DNA of 64,000 bases, from the NCBI GenBank assembly GCA_039030515.1, contig JBCCEA010000006.1, positions 47,352 to 111,351 of the forward strand, read 5' to 3'. Below the pieces are notes generated by a model. That model did not search any database, had not been told where the DNA came from, and saw only the letters and a program-made list of their open reading frames with translations. Within the stretch, counting starts at the first letter, position 1. The number at the start of each line of letters is the position of its first letter. The position numbers were made by a program, and so were the translations under genes. The DNA is from Myxococcota bacterium (GTDB lineage Bacteria; Myxococcota_A; Polyangia; Polyangiales; Houyiibacteriaceae). Of this stretch, positions 44,892 to 55,313 are shown in pieces.

Positions 44892-45719
44892 TTGGGTCCT
44901 CTGGCTGTTTCGAGATCAAACTGCTACGTTTCTCAAGTGACACATGCCGAAAGACATAGTGCACTTCAGCTATGGCCGCTTTTAGGGCGGCCTACACACT
45001 ACGCCTTATTCGCAGCGGCCGTTTGTGCTTTCTCATTTAGTTCAGGCTGCGCGGACGACTCAGACGCTCGAGGGCTTTCTGTCTTTGAGTTGCGTTTGGA
45101 GTTGCCCTCAACCCCTGAACGTCGTTACGCGCACGTTCAGGTCGAAGGGCGATTCCGTGATCCCCGTGGATCGTGGGACGACGTAGAGGTCTATACGTAC
45201 GATCTGCAGTCGGTGCCCGTCGATGCCTCCGATCCCGATCACGGGTGTAACGTCACTATTTCCATCTCTACCGAAAATCCCGACAGCATTCTATTCGCTC
45301 CTCCGATCGCAGGTGGTTTCGTTCGCGAGAACAACTTTGGAATGCAGGTGCGTACTCGGTTCTGCCAGCGAACCAATCCAGGTCGTTGCTCAGATACAGC
45401 GCCAACTTGGCTCTTCGACTTTGCAAACCCCTTCGTTCCTGAGCAAGCAACGCTATTTCGAGCCGGGTTGGGGGGCAGTGCCTGTCTGGGCGGTGGTTGG
45501 AACGACGAGACCTATCGCTTGCGTTCAGACCTCTCTCCCGATCCATCTACCGACGCCGAAGACCCAAGCTCAGAACTCTTCGAACCCTTACGCAATCTGA
45601 TACAGCAGGACCCGGATCCCGTCTTAGAAGTCAACTACTACCGCCAGTGGAATGCAGAGGATTTTGTGCTCATCGGCGACTGTGCTCGAGGCGAGGATCT
45701 CAGAGACTGCACGCCGTGA
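44892..45719 (+). CDS. Hypothetical lipoprotein
   Basis: Hydrophobic segment ending FSSGC; long ORF co-directional with neighbours; no family recognised; start uncertain. Confidence 0.55.
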   Translation: MGPLAVSRSNCYVSQVTHAERHSALQLWPLLGRPTHYALFAAAVCAFSFSSGCADDSDARGLSVFELRLELPSTPERRYAHVQVEGRFRDPRGSWDDVEVYTYDLQSVPVDASDPDHGCNVTISISTENPDSILFAPPIAGGFVRENNFGMQVRTRFCQRTNPGRCSDTAPTWLFDFANPFVPEQATLFRAGLGGSACLGGGWNDETYRLRSDLSPDPSTDAEDPSSELFEPLRNLIQQDPDPVLEVNYYRQWNAEDFVLIGDCARGEDLRDCTP

Positions 45720-45824
45720 CTGCGATGCGACTTTCTTCGGACGAAGCAGGCCTCGAGCGGAATCGAATGGTGCGAGGCTTTCTCGGTAACCGATCGCAAT
45801 CCCGGTGCTAGTGTGGCCACCACC

Positions 45825-46751
45825 ATGATCGACGCATCCATCTCTCTTGCGGCCAAAGAGCCTACAGGACGCACATGGGAGCGCTATCTTGGCGTGCTTC
45901 TAAGCATATGGCTTTTTGGGTCGAACCCCGCACCGTCGGCGGCGCAGGACCAGCAAGAAGAGACGCCTTCTCCGGCTGACTTTTCGACCGCTGAGGATCA
46001 CGTTTCGACCGAGATGAACGATTCAGCGCGTCGCGCGTTCGCCGTAGCGCTGCGGGCTGCGCAGGAAGAACGTTGGGCGGATGCAGAAGCTGGATTTCGT
46101 CGCTCTTACGCGCTCAGCGGTGCTCGAGTGGCCCTGTTCAATCGGGCGATGGCGCTCCGTGCGATGGGTCGAGACCTGGAAGCTCACGATGCGTTTGTAG
46201 ACGTTCTCGAGGAGCATGGGCTCGAGGACGAAGCCGCTCGAGCTTGGACCGAAAACGCGATCGTCGAGCTCAAGGCGAGGATCGCTACCCTGATCCTGGA
46301 AGATCTTGCGTCCGAGGTGCGCTTTCGCATCGTTGTCGACGGGAGCGATGTGCTCGATCCAGGTCAGCGTCCTATTCCCATCAGGCTCAATGCAGGACGT
46401 CATAGTGTGCTGGTGCGTGCTGATGGATACGAACCCTTTATTTGGAGCGGATCGGTTCCTGGTGGAAATGTACAAAGCCTTCACGTACGGATGCAGGCTC
46501 TGAGTCCAGAACAGGTGGTCGATCTGGAGCAAGCGGTTGGTTCAGCGCCATCCGGTAGCTCGGGGCCGGATGTCACTGCTGCGCTCCTTCTTGTCGACGA
46601 GGACGAAAAGCGTCCAACCTATCGCAATCCCTGGCTTTGGGGAACGGTGGGCACGGTGGTACTTGCCGGCATTGCCGTCGGACTTTGGTTGGGACTCAGG
46701 GATACAGACGATGACGGGACGATGCCGCTCGCTCCAGGTCCAACGCTCTAA
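45825..46751 (+). CDS. Myxobacterial TPR plus PEGA-domain protein with C-terminal membrane anchor
   Basis: Signal-like segment, TPR (AEAGFRRSYAL, LFNRAMALRAMG), PEGA-like VVDG...LNAGRHSVLVRADGYEPF, C-terminal YRNPWLW plus TM helix. Confidence 0.7.
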   Translation: MIDASISLAAKEPTGRTWERYLGVLLSIWLFGSNPAPSAAQDQQEETPSPADFSTAEDHVSTEMNDSARRAFAVALRAAQEERWADAEAGFRRSYALSGARVALFNRAMALRAMGRDLEAHDAFVDVLEEHGLEDEAARAWTENAIVELKARIATLILEDLASEVRFRIVVDGSDVLDPGQRPIPIRLNAGRHSVLVRADGYEPFIWSGSVPGGNVQSLHVRMQALSPEQVVDLEQAVGSAPSGSSGPDVTAALLLVDEDEKRPTYRNPWLWGTVGTVVLAGIAVGLWLGLRDTDDDGTMPLAPGPTL

Positions 46752-46802
46752 TCGGTTTCCGCTTTTCAATTCGAAAAACAGATCTGCTAGCCTCTGCCCC
46801 TA

Positions 46803-47507
46803 ATGGCGACAGCGATGATCCAGCATGATCCGGACGAGTTTCGTCGCGGTAACGTACTGGGCAGCTCAGGGGTTTTGGCGAAGCTTGCCGATACAAGCTT
46901 TTCGAAGATCCTTCAGAGCAGCAAGCTCTACATCGTCAAGCGACTGGTCGCGCTCGACCTTGGCAATACGATCGCAGTTCTGGGTGCAGGGCGGGTTCGA
47001 ATCGCACGCTCCAACGACACGGGGCACGTTCGATGGGTGGTTAGCGATTTTCGCAGACCTGGCGATCTGGTGGGAGAGGAGATTCTGGTCGGCCCTCCGC
47101 TAGGCAATGAATACATGATGGCGGAGCTCGGTGAGGTCGTTTTGATTCCCCGAGAGGTTCTCGCAGAGCTTCTATCGACGGATATCGGTTTTACGCGGGC
47201 TTTTCTCAAATACACCGCGCGACATCGGTTTCGAATGCAGAGTCGCTTTGAAGCGCTACTCACGCGGACCATCGAGAGCCGAATCGCCGCCTTTCTGTTG
47301 GAGGAAGCTCAGCGAGACGGTGTGCGAACGGGTTCGGGAATCAGGCTGCGCTGGAAATACACGCATGAAGAAATGGCGAGCTATATCGGCTCGACTCGCG
47401 AAACGCTCACCTCAACTTTGGGGGTGTTCAAGCGTGCCGGTTTGATCCGCTTTGAGCGTCGCTATGTCGTCGTCATCGATCGAGAGGCTCTCGAATCGAG
47501 GTCGTAG
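46803..47507 (+). CDS. Crp/Fnr family transcriptional regulator
   Basis: cNMP-like domain (GRVRI, PGDLVGE) and HTH THEEMASYIGSTRETLT. Confidence 0.88.
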   Translation: MATAMIQHDPDEFRRGNVLGSSGVLAKLADTSFSKILQSSKLYIVKRLVALDLGNTIAVLGAGRVRIARSNDTGHVRWVVSDFRRPGDLVGEEILVGPPLGNEYMMAELGEVVLIPREVLAELLSTDIGFTRAFLKYTARHRFRMQSRFEALLTRTIESRIAAFLLEEAQRDGVRTGSGIRLRWKYTHEEMASYIGSTRETLTSTLGVFKRAGLIRFERRYVVVIDREALESRS

Positions 47508-47617
47508 CTGGGCATGGTGCGAACGGTGCAGAGCAAACAGGCGAGTAGCGGCTGTCTCGCAGAAAGCCCGCCGTTCGCTTGAGTGTTGCGCGCCAGTCTT
47601 CGAACACTGCTTCATCT

Positions 47618-49402
47618 TCACCGTAGTGTTATCGTCGTCTTTTTAGGGATGTGGTCGGGCCCTACCCAACAGAAGACCTTATAGGTTTTGTTGTTGTGAG
47701 CGTGCTTGCCTATGGCGATGACGGTGTGGTCCCTGCCCTCAGAATCAGTTTTGATGAAGACGGTAAAGCCGCGGCTCCCGGGGCAGGTCACATGGCGGAC
47801 GCGATCCATCGTGTGCACCAATCTCTGGGTGGCTTCCGGTAGCACACCTCCATCCACCCGATCTTGTTGCCCTCGACTTGCACTTAACTTGTTCAGGATC
47901 TGATCGGAAACCCGGTCTACATAGCGAAGAGGTCGATTGGTGCATACGGCCCCGCACGATGACCAAAAGCGGTTGTTCTCATCGCCCCAGCATAGCCGCT
48001 GTCCAGGGCATTGGGAGCCTTGCGGCAAAAGAGGACGAGCGCTGGGCGTTGTCGGTCCACGGGTCTTTCTTTTCGACTTTCTAGGCGGGCCGGGGGCTGC
48101 GCTTGTCGGGCCCGGGCCGGCAGCGGTTGGTGCCACGTGTAGAGCCACCGGCGGAGGAAGCGCAGAGGCGCCGCCCTTGACAGAATCCACCGCATGCGCT
48201 GATGGCGGGGCGTCGTTTGAAATCGGTCTTTGCGGCTGGAGAGCTCCTGCGGGCACTACTGTTTTGGCTTGGAGCGGATAGGAGCGTCGGGCATCGATCC
48301 CGCGGGCCATTCTTTGAATCTCTCTGGCCGCGGCGTATTGATCCTCAAGTTTGGCTACCTCCTCTAGGATGCTATCCAGCCGGGCTTCCGCACGGCTAAA
48401 GCCCTCTTTCGCCTCTTTCGATATTTGTTTGATGCGCTCGATGTGCCAGTCGTCGAGTTTGTCATACGAGAATGCCGTGACTGCTTGTTTGCGTGCCGTA
48501 AAAGCGTGCGCGTATAGAGGTTCAACGGACTGGAAGATACTCTCGAGTTCGGTCCAGTGTCTCACGAGCTCCTTGCCCAAAGGAGCGTTCAAAAGATATG
48601 GCGAATCGTGTGCGAATCTAAATCGGCCAAACCGTCGAAAGAGAGCATGTGCCCAGCTCAACGGTACAAAGGGGGCGATCACGTGTGGAACGATACCGCC
48701 GTAGCAAAGCCTGGGTCGACGCTCGGCTGTTCCCGGGTTCGCACTTTTGAACCCCTTGTCCCAGAGGTCTCCTATGGCGACGCTGGTAACCAAGAACGTA
48801 ACGATGAGGTCCTCATGGGCATCCTCAATCTCGGCTGCATACGCATAGAACTGGTCTAAACAGCCTTCACGAACCGAACTGCCTACCGAGCACAACGCCT
48901 CTTGCATCGCCTTTAGAGAGTCCTGCCGAGAGGCCTTGTGAAATGCGATTTTGAGGACTTGCGCCTCACACCAGACAAACTGCAGATGAGATAGCGCAGA
49001 TGGGCTCTTGTCGTGGTATTCTTTCGTAAGTTTCCTCAACGCAAATGCAAGTTTTTTGATTCGCTCTCGGAGGCACTGCGCCAGAGTCAACCACGATCGA
49101 TCTGAACATCTGGAATCGTTGGTATTTACCTTTAGTTGCCCCGAAAGTGTCTTGAGAGACTCTTGGATATCCCCTAGTTCTTTTGCGGCACACTGCGTGA
49201 CGTGAATCTGGGACTTTCGAATGTAGTCAGGATACTCTGAAGACGAAGCTTCTACGAAGTAGAGATTTAGACGGAAATTTGGCTCTACATGCTCTGTAGG
49301 TATGCGCCATTCGCCAGACTGTTGCAGATGCTCTTTGATCCCATCGATCACCTTCACGAACGGCGAAATTTGGGGCGTTGAAGGGTTTTTTCGATGGGGC
49401 AT
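47618..49402 (-). CDS. ORFan, 594 aa: helical N-terminus, Pro/Ala linker with basic RKSKRKTR, distinct ~120-aa C-terminal domain
   Basis: Long uninterrupted ORF with slightly lower GC than neighbours; no family recognised. Confidence 0.75.
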   Translation of the reverse strand: MPHRKNPSTPQISPFVKVIDGIKEHLQQSGEWRIPTEHVEPNFRLNLYFVEASSSEYPDYIRKSQIHVTQCAAKELGDIQESLKTLSGQLKVNTNDSRCSDRSWLTLAQCLRERIKKLAFALRKLTKEYHDKSPSALSHLQFVWCEAQVLKIAFHKASRQDSLKAMQEALCSVGSSVREGCLDQFYAYAAEIEDAHEDLIVTFLVTSVAIGDLWDKGFKSANPGTAERRPRLCYGGIVPHVIAPFVPLSWAHALFRRFGRFRFAHDSPYLLNAPLGKELVRHWTELESIFQSVEPLYAHAFTARKQAVTAFSYDKLDDWHIERIKQISKEAKEGFSRAEARLDSILEEVAKLEDQYAAAREIQRMARGIDARRSYPLQAKTVVPAGALQPQRPISNDAPPSAHAVDSVKGGASALPPPVALHVAPTAAGPGPTSAAPGPPRKSKRKTRGPTTPSARPLLPQGSQCPGQRLCWGDENNRFWSSCGAVCTNRPLRYVDRVSDQILNKLSASRGQQDRVDGGVLPEATQRLVHTMDRVRHVTCPGSRGFTVFIKTDSEGRDHTVIAIGKHAHNNKTYKVFCWVGPDHIPKKTTITLR

Positions 49403-49515
49403 GCGCAGCAGTCACGAGCCCAGATTGGAGGTGACCTCCACCAAGGATATTCCGCCGCCCTACCTTATGCCAGCGCAGCACGTCTGACTGCCAGCCACCG
49501 ATTGCAGGGCTTGAA

Positions 49516-49815
49516 CTAAACCGGTTCGACTACGGTGAGGACCACATCGGCGTCTTTTCGGAGCCTCAGTTGACAGGCAAGTCGGACATCCGGACCGTCG
49601 CCAAAGACATCGAGAACTTCTTGCTCGTCGTCTTCGGCTGGCTCGAACGCGTCACGATCTTCAGGCCTTACAAACACTCTGCAGGTGCCGCAACTGGAAC
49701 TACGACACGAGTACGGCACATTTGTGGCGGGAGTTTCGTCGGTGATATCGAGGACATTGGCTCCCGAGGACGCCAAACACGTGATGCCGGCAGGTTCGAA
49801 TCGAATCGTTCCCAT
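49516..49815 (-). CDS. 2Fe-2S ferredoxin
   Basis: PYSCRSSSCGTCRV ... RLACQ. Confidence 0.92.
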   Translation of the reverse strand: MGTIRFEPAGITCLASSGANVLDITDETPATNVPYSCRSSSCGTCRVFVRPEDRDAFEPAEDDEQEVLDVFGDGPDVRLACQLRLRKDADVVLTVVEPV

Positions 49816-49993
49816 AGGATATCGCTACTAGGCCCGGCCGATCGAGTCGTCAAGGGGTCTCTTGTCAGGGGAGGAACGCGGCCTCCTGAATTGCGCTGTT
49901 TGCGCTAAACTCGTTGGAATGGTCGTCTTGAGCCCAGAGATTCGTACTTGCGGTTGTATTGGGAGTCCTTGAAGTTCGAGAGAGTGGGTAGCG

Positions 49994-52900
49994 ATGCGTG
50001 ATGACCTCGAGTTCCTGCGTGGCGCACTCGAACGCCTTTTTGAGCTTGAAGAGCTGATCGCGATGACCTCTAGTCTTCTGGGCATGAATCCGGCAGAGCT
50101 CGAAGGCATGTCGAACAAGGCCGCGTTTGTTCGATCGCTTGTCGAACGCTGCGCGGCCGAGCACCGCCTTGAGGCACTAGTCGACGCCATCCAGTTGTCC
50201 TCTTCTGACTCGGATTCTTTTCAGGGGCTGACGGCGATCGGTAGGGCGATAGGGCCGCAGCTGCCTCCGGGCGCAGAACTAGGTTCGTTTCGGATTCTAA
50301 GCCTGCTTGAGGCAGATCGCCTGAGCGTTACCTACCTCGCCGAAAGAGTGCGAGAGGCGGCGGCCGAGCTTCGCCTTGCGCATGGTGAGCACGTCGCGAT
50401 CAAGGTCTTGGGTTCGAGAATCTCCAAGGATCGCAGTGCGGTGAATCGATATCTGACCGCGCAACGTGCCTGCAGCGAGCTTCGCAGTCTCCATCTTCCA
50501 ACGGTTTATGAAGTCGGCTGGACCGAGGACGGCCGGGCCTGGGTGGCATCGACCTATCTCGAAGGGCCGACCTTGGCAGACCGCCTCCGTCAGGTTGGTG
50601 CCTTTTGCTGGAACGAGGTGGCAGAGGCGCTTCGAGGTGTTCTTGCGGGTCTGAAAGACCTGCACGCTCGGGGTCTCGTTCATGGTGACGTGAACCCTCA
50701 GAACATCCGACTCGTCTGGCCTGCGGAGCGAGATCGAATCCTCTGTCCAAGCGATGAGACCAAGAGCCTCGAGTTGACGACAGACCGGCAGTCTCCACAT
50801 GCACGCCCGACAGGGGCTCTGGTAGGCGCTGCGCTCGACCGTCTCTTCGCCTACGGAATCAACTCTGTGGTTCGGTACATCGCGCCTGAGGTCGCTCGCG
50901 GGGAAGGTGCTTCCCCGGGGTCCGACCTCTATCAGTTTGGAGCGACGGTATTCGAGAGCCTCACGGCAGTTGCCCCTTGTTCGACTCCCCTGTTTTCGGC
51001 CGATGTGCAGGATCCTTCGAGACACCGGCCGGCCACGCCGATCGACCTGGCTCCGAGCGGCGGGGTTTCCCAAGAGCTTTCAGATCTCGTGATGCGAGCC
51101 CTTTCCCCAAATCCCTCAGACCGTCCGGATGCCAATGCGTTTCTTGAGGCGCTCAAGGCGTTGAGTGAACCGGAACCACCCCCCGTCGATGCGCATTCTG
51201 AGGACCACGCTCCAGTGGAGTTACCCGGCGATCTAATGGATGCGGAACTTCTGCTCGAACGGCTGGAGCGAACCGAAGACGACGCGAAGCGGATCCCGAT
51301 GCTCCGTGATCTCGCGCGGATCTATGAACGTGAGCCGAACGCCGCTGCTCAAGCGCTGCTCGTTTGGGTCCAGCTGCTGATACTCGATCCCAAAGACGAA
51401 CGAGCGGTTCCTGCGATCGAGCGTCTTGCGTCGACGCCGGAGCTTTGGAACGAAGCGATCGCGATGCTCCACGAAGCCATTGCGGAACTCGACCCATCCG
51501 ATCAAGCTCGGATCTACCTACTGATGGGACGGTGGTACGCCGAGCATCTGCATCGTCCCGATTTTGCCCTTCCTTGTTTTACCGAGGCCCTGACGCGAGA
51601 CCCTTCCTCGGCCGAGGCGCTGCAGTCCACGATCGCGCTTCACCGGGATGCGCAGTCTTTTCCAGAGCTGGCTCACGCCTACCTTCAGCGTGCTGCCCGG
51701 GCAAGGCACCCGGCGAACGCGCGAGACGACCGAGTCAAGGCTGCCCGAGTGATCTTGGAGCATTTGAACGATGAGGACCGTGCGGTTCGACTGCTTCAGG
51801 AGGTGCTTTCAGAGGACACGCTGCATCCGGCTGCGGGTGCGCTTTTGCAGCAGTACTATCTACACTCCAAGCGTTGGCGTGAACTGGCACTCCTTTTTGA
51901 GGCCCGAGCGCAAGACCAAACCCCAGAGTCCAGGGTGCGCACCCTGCTGAGCCTGGGCGAGGTGTTTGAGGATCACCTGGACGACGTCCCGCGGGCGACA
52001 GCAACCTATGAACGCGTTCTTTCGATTGTCCCCCATCATATGGACGCCCTGAAGGGTCTAGAGCGCACGTACGCCCAGAGCGGCCAGGTTTCTCAGCTGC
52101 TCGAAAGTCTTGGGGCGCAGCTCGATTGGGTGGCGACTCCTCGGGAGCGCATCGCACTCCTCGAGCGTATTGGGGCCATCTGGGAGCAAGAATTTGTCGA
52201 TGAAGGTAGGGCGCTGGCGGCCTTTGAGCAGATCGTCGCCATCGAACCAGGACACGAAGCCGCCAATCGGGTGCTCACCCGCATCTACCGCAAAAGCGGC
52301 GATCTTTTGGCGCTTGCCGACACACTTGAGCGTCGAGCGCAAGCCGCTGAAAGTGCGACCCAAGAGGCGGGGCTCTTGCTTCAAGCGGCGCACCTGCTGA
52401 CCGATGAGCCGGACGCCGCCGACCGAGCAAACCAACTCTGCGAGCGCGTTCTCAGGCTTCACGAAGACGACGTAGATGCGCTGTCGCTTGTGGCGAAGCT
52501 CAAATCCAAAGCTGGAGCGATCGACTCCGCCGTACACGTTCTCGACCGTTTGGCGACCATGCATGACGACCCTTGTGAGAGGGCGGAGTACTGGATCCGG
52601 TCAGGCGCGCTTCTCGCCGGGTCGGGCGGTGATGAGGACGCGGCGATCGAGCGGTTCAAGCGAGCGCTGGATGCGGATCCGGCGAATCAGACCGCGATGT
52701 TAGCGCTTCGAGAGCGATTTGAGGCTCGGGGTGACTTCTTAAGTGTTGCTGCGCTGCTAGAGAAAGAACTAGAGCACACTGCAGGGGACCTCCGGCGCGC
52801 GAGGCTTCTTGCGGATCTAGGGGCACGCTATGCGCACGACCTCCACCAGCCCGAGAAAGCCAGGGTCGCGTTTGAAGCAGCGCACGCGCTCGACCCTACT

Positions 52901-55141
52901 GACCTCAGCGCCCCCCTAGAACTCGGGGCGATCGCCTTCGAGGGTGAAGACTGGTTTGAGGTGGTCCGGTGGTACGAGCCGCTCCTGAATCGATTCGGCA
53001 GTCTGAATGGGGATGATGCGGTTTCGGTCGGTTTGACGGTTGGCGATGCTTTTCAAGCGTTGGAAGAGTACGAAAAGGCTCGGCAGGCCTTTGTGCAGGT
53101 TCACGCCTTCACGCCGAACCAAAAGGAGAGTTCCGGGCGCCTCGCCAGTTTGGCCTACGCGAGTGGGTCGCTGGATGAGGCTGCGGAGCTCTACCAAGAC
53201 TGGCTTGATCGCTATGGCGAAACTCTCGATGACGACGAACGGGGTCTCGCGCAGCTCCGGCGAGGAGACGCCTTGCGGCAGCTTGGACAGATCGATGAGG
53301 CGGTCCAGATTCTTCGCCAGGCAGAAGATCGTATCCCCTGGAGCACGCTTGCCTTAGAGGCACTGCGACTGTGCTACCGGGCGAGAAACGATCACGCATC
53401 GCTCGCTCAGCTGCTTGAGCGACGCCTTGAACGAGCGAGCGACGAAGAGCGATTCCAGCTTCTGCTCGAGATCGGCGACCTCGCTGCAGAGGAGATGGAA
53501 GATCACGAGCGGGCGACGCAATGCTACCTGGCGGCAGCGGAGATCCGTGAAAACGATCGCAATTTGCTGGCCAGGCTGATGCGGCTGTACGCGCAAACGA
53601 AGAGCTGGTCACAACTTGTGGAGGTGCTGCTACGTATCGCGAACCTCGTCGAAGATGTATCGCAGCGCATCAAGTACCGGGTTACCGCCGCGTCGATTTT
53701 GCAGCAAGAGCTCCATCGCTACGGTGACGCTGCAGAGCACTACGAGTACGCGTTGGGGATGGACGCTACCGGCCCGCTGAGCCTCTCGCCTCTCGATGCG
53801 TCTGAACGAGATGGGTTAGGTCGCAATGGGTTCGATCGTGATGAGTCCGATCGCGATGACCCGGATCGCGTCGCCGGTCAGGTCAAGGCCTTTGAAGGGC
53901 TCGTCGAATGTCTCACACAGCAACAAGAGTGGGAACGCCTGGTCTCAGTCTACCGGCGCTATCTTGAGACGCTCGAAGCGCACGGCTCTGCTGAGATGCA
54001 CCGTGCACACTTGGCGCACAGTTCACACTCGGAAAGAGCCTCCTCCAACATCGCCTCTCACTACGGATCACTTGCGGAGATTCTGCTCGAGCAACTCGAT
54101 CGTGAAGAGGAAGCCCTCATCGCGCTTGAGCATGCCCGCATGCTCGATCCTTCGAGTGTGCAGGTCCTGCGCTTGTCGCATCGGGTCTACCTAGCAGCGG
54201 GGCGTTTCGACGAGTCCTTTTGTGTGTGCCAAACGCTGCACGCGCTCAAAAGCGCCGACGAGGCAGAGGAAAAATTCTTTCAGCAGCATCGGCGCAAGCA
54301 CCCTTTGACGATCGAGAGCACACTGACGACTGAGCTTTTTTGGAGTCACGTCGCGCATCCACAGCTCGATCCGCTGCTGACTCAGATCTTCGATCTCATC
54401 TGTCCGGCGGTGATCGCAACAACGCATCAAGAACTCTCTCGATTTGAGGTGGACCTTGCCGAGGTCGATCTCGAAACAGATCCGGCTGAGGTCGTCAAGA
54501 TGCTCGGCTATGTCTCCAAAGTGATGCAGGTTCCTCTGCCGCCTTTGCACTACCGCAAGAGCGATCCGGGCGGTCTGTCAGCGCTTTTTACAAAGCCTCC
54601 GGCGATCGGTTTGGGGGCCGGAGTTCTCGCAGGCGGTCCGCCGCCAGCGCTTGCTTTTGTAGCGGCCCGCCACCTCAGTTTTTTTCGAGACGGGCTGTAT
54701 TTGAGTCAGTTGCTGCCAAGTGGGCCCCCGCTTCGCTCTTGGCTGATCGCCGCGATCAAGTCGTCGGTGCCCGAGTTTCCGGCGCCGTCTGCACAAGAAA
54801 TGCAAATAAACGAGGTGCGCACCAGTCTAGTGCAGCACCTGCCCGCAAACCAGAGATCGGAGCTCGACGCCTTGGTCCTCCGACTGATCGAGAGCGCCCG
54901 AGCGCTCAACATGAACCAGTGGCTCTTGGCTGTCGATCGAACGGCGGATCGAGTGGGATTGTTGTGTTCGGATGATCTGCAGACTGCAGCAGCCGTGATC
55001 TCCGCAACCCCAGAGCACTTGGCCCCGTCAGGCCGTGAAGAGCGATTGAAGGCGCTCTATCTGTACAGTGCTTCCAAGGCCTATCTGCAGCTGCGTCAGA
55101 AGCTACATATCGCTCTAAGAATCTCGCCAAACGAGGGGTGA
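49994..55141 (+). CDS. Giant kinase-like plus TPR-repeat protein, 1715 aa (myxobacterial)
   Basis: Kinase subdomains VAIK, HGDVNPQN, YIAPE, SDLYQFG but no DFG; long TPR array; C-terminal ADRVGLLCSDDL motif typical of myxobacterial TPR proteins. Confidence 0.85.
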   Translation: MRDDLEFLRGALERLFELEELIAMTSSLLGMNPAELEGMSNKAAFVRSLVERCAAEHRLEALVDAIQLSSSDSDSFQGLTAIGRAIGPQLPPGAELGSFRILSLLEADRLSVTYLAERVREAAAELRLAHGEHVAIKVLGSRISKDRSAVNRYLTAQRACSELRSLHLPTVYEVGWTEDGRAWVASTYLEGPTLADRLRQVGAFCWNEVAEALRGVLAGLKDLHARGLVHGDVNPQNIRLVWPAERDRILCPSDETKSLELTTDRQSPHARPTGALVGAALDRLFAYGINSVVRYIAPEVARGEGASPGSDLYQFGATVFESLTAVAPCSTPLFSADVQDPSRHRPATPIDLAPSGGVSQELSDLVMRALSPNPSDRPDANAFLEALKALSEPEPPPVDAHSEDHAPVELPGDLMDAELLLERLERTEDDAKRIPMLRDLARIYEREPNAAAQALLVWVQLLILDPKDERAVPAIERLASTPELWNEAIAMLHEAIAELDPSDQARIYLLMGRWYAEHLHRPDFALPCFTEALTRDPSSAEALQSTIALHRDAQSFPELAHAYLQRAARARHPANARDDRVKAARVILEHLNDEDRAVRLLQEVLSEDTLHPAAGALLQQYYLHSKRWRELALLFEARAQDQTPESRVRTLLSLGEVFEDHLDDVPRATATYERVLSIVPHHMDALKGLERTYAQSGQVSQLLESLGAQLDWVATPRERIALLERIGAIWEQEFVDEGRALAAFEQIVAIEPGHEAANRVLTRIYRKSGDLLALADTLERRAQAAESATQEAGLLLQAAHLLTDEPDAADRANQLCERVLRLHEDDVDALSLVAKLKSKAGAIDSAVHVLDRLATMHDDPCERAEYWIRSGALLAGSGGDEDAAIERFKRALDADPANQTAMLALRERFEARGDFLSVAALLEKELEHTAGDLRRARLLADLGARYAHDLHQPEKARVAFEAAHALDPTDLSAPLELGAIAFEGEDWFEVVRWYEPLLNRFGSLNGDDAVSVGLTVGDAFQALEEYEKARQAFVQVHAFTPNQKESSGRLASLAYASGSLDEAAELYQDWLDRYGETLDDDERGLAQLRRGDALRQLGQIDEAVQILRQAEDRIPWSTLALEALRLCYRARNDHASLAQLLERRLERASDEERFQLLLEIGDLAAEEMEDHERATQCYLAAAEIRENDRNLLARLMRLYAQTKSWSQLVEVLLRIANLVEDVSQRIKYRVTAASILQQELHRYGDAAEHYEYALGMDATGPLSLSPLDASERDGLGRNGFDRDESDRDDPDRVAGQVKAFEGLVECLTQQQEWERLVSVYRRYLETLEAHGSAEMHRAHLAHSSHSERASSNIASHYGSLAEILLEQLDREEEALIALEHARMLDPSSVQVLRLSHRVYLAAGRFDESFCVCQTLHALKSADEAEEKFFQQHRRKHPLTIESTLTTELFWSHVAHPQLDPLLTQIFDLICPAVIATTHQELSRFEVDLAEVDLETDPAEVVKMLGYVSKVMQVPLPPLHYRKSDPGGLSALFTKPPAIGLGAGVLAGGPPPALAFVAARHLSFFRDGLYLSQLLPSGPPLRSWLIAAIKSSVPEFPAPSAQEMQINEVRTSLVQHLPANQRSELDALVLRLIESARALNMNQWLLAVDRTADRVGLLCSDDLQTAAAVISATPEHLAPSGREERLKALYLYSASKAYLQLRQKLHIALRISPNEG

Positions 55142-55313
55142 GGCTTCAGGGAGAGCATAGAGTGCGGCGTTCATAGGCGCATCGATATGCAACGCGAGTT
55201 TCCTTGCCTGCCGACCAATATTCTCTTTGCGCTAAGAACGCAAAGGTAGTGTGTAAACGACCGAAGTCTCGGCTGGTGCACACATAGATATGTGTTAAGC
55301 CACATAGCTGTAA

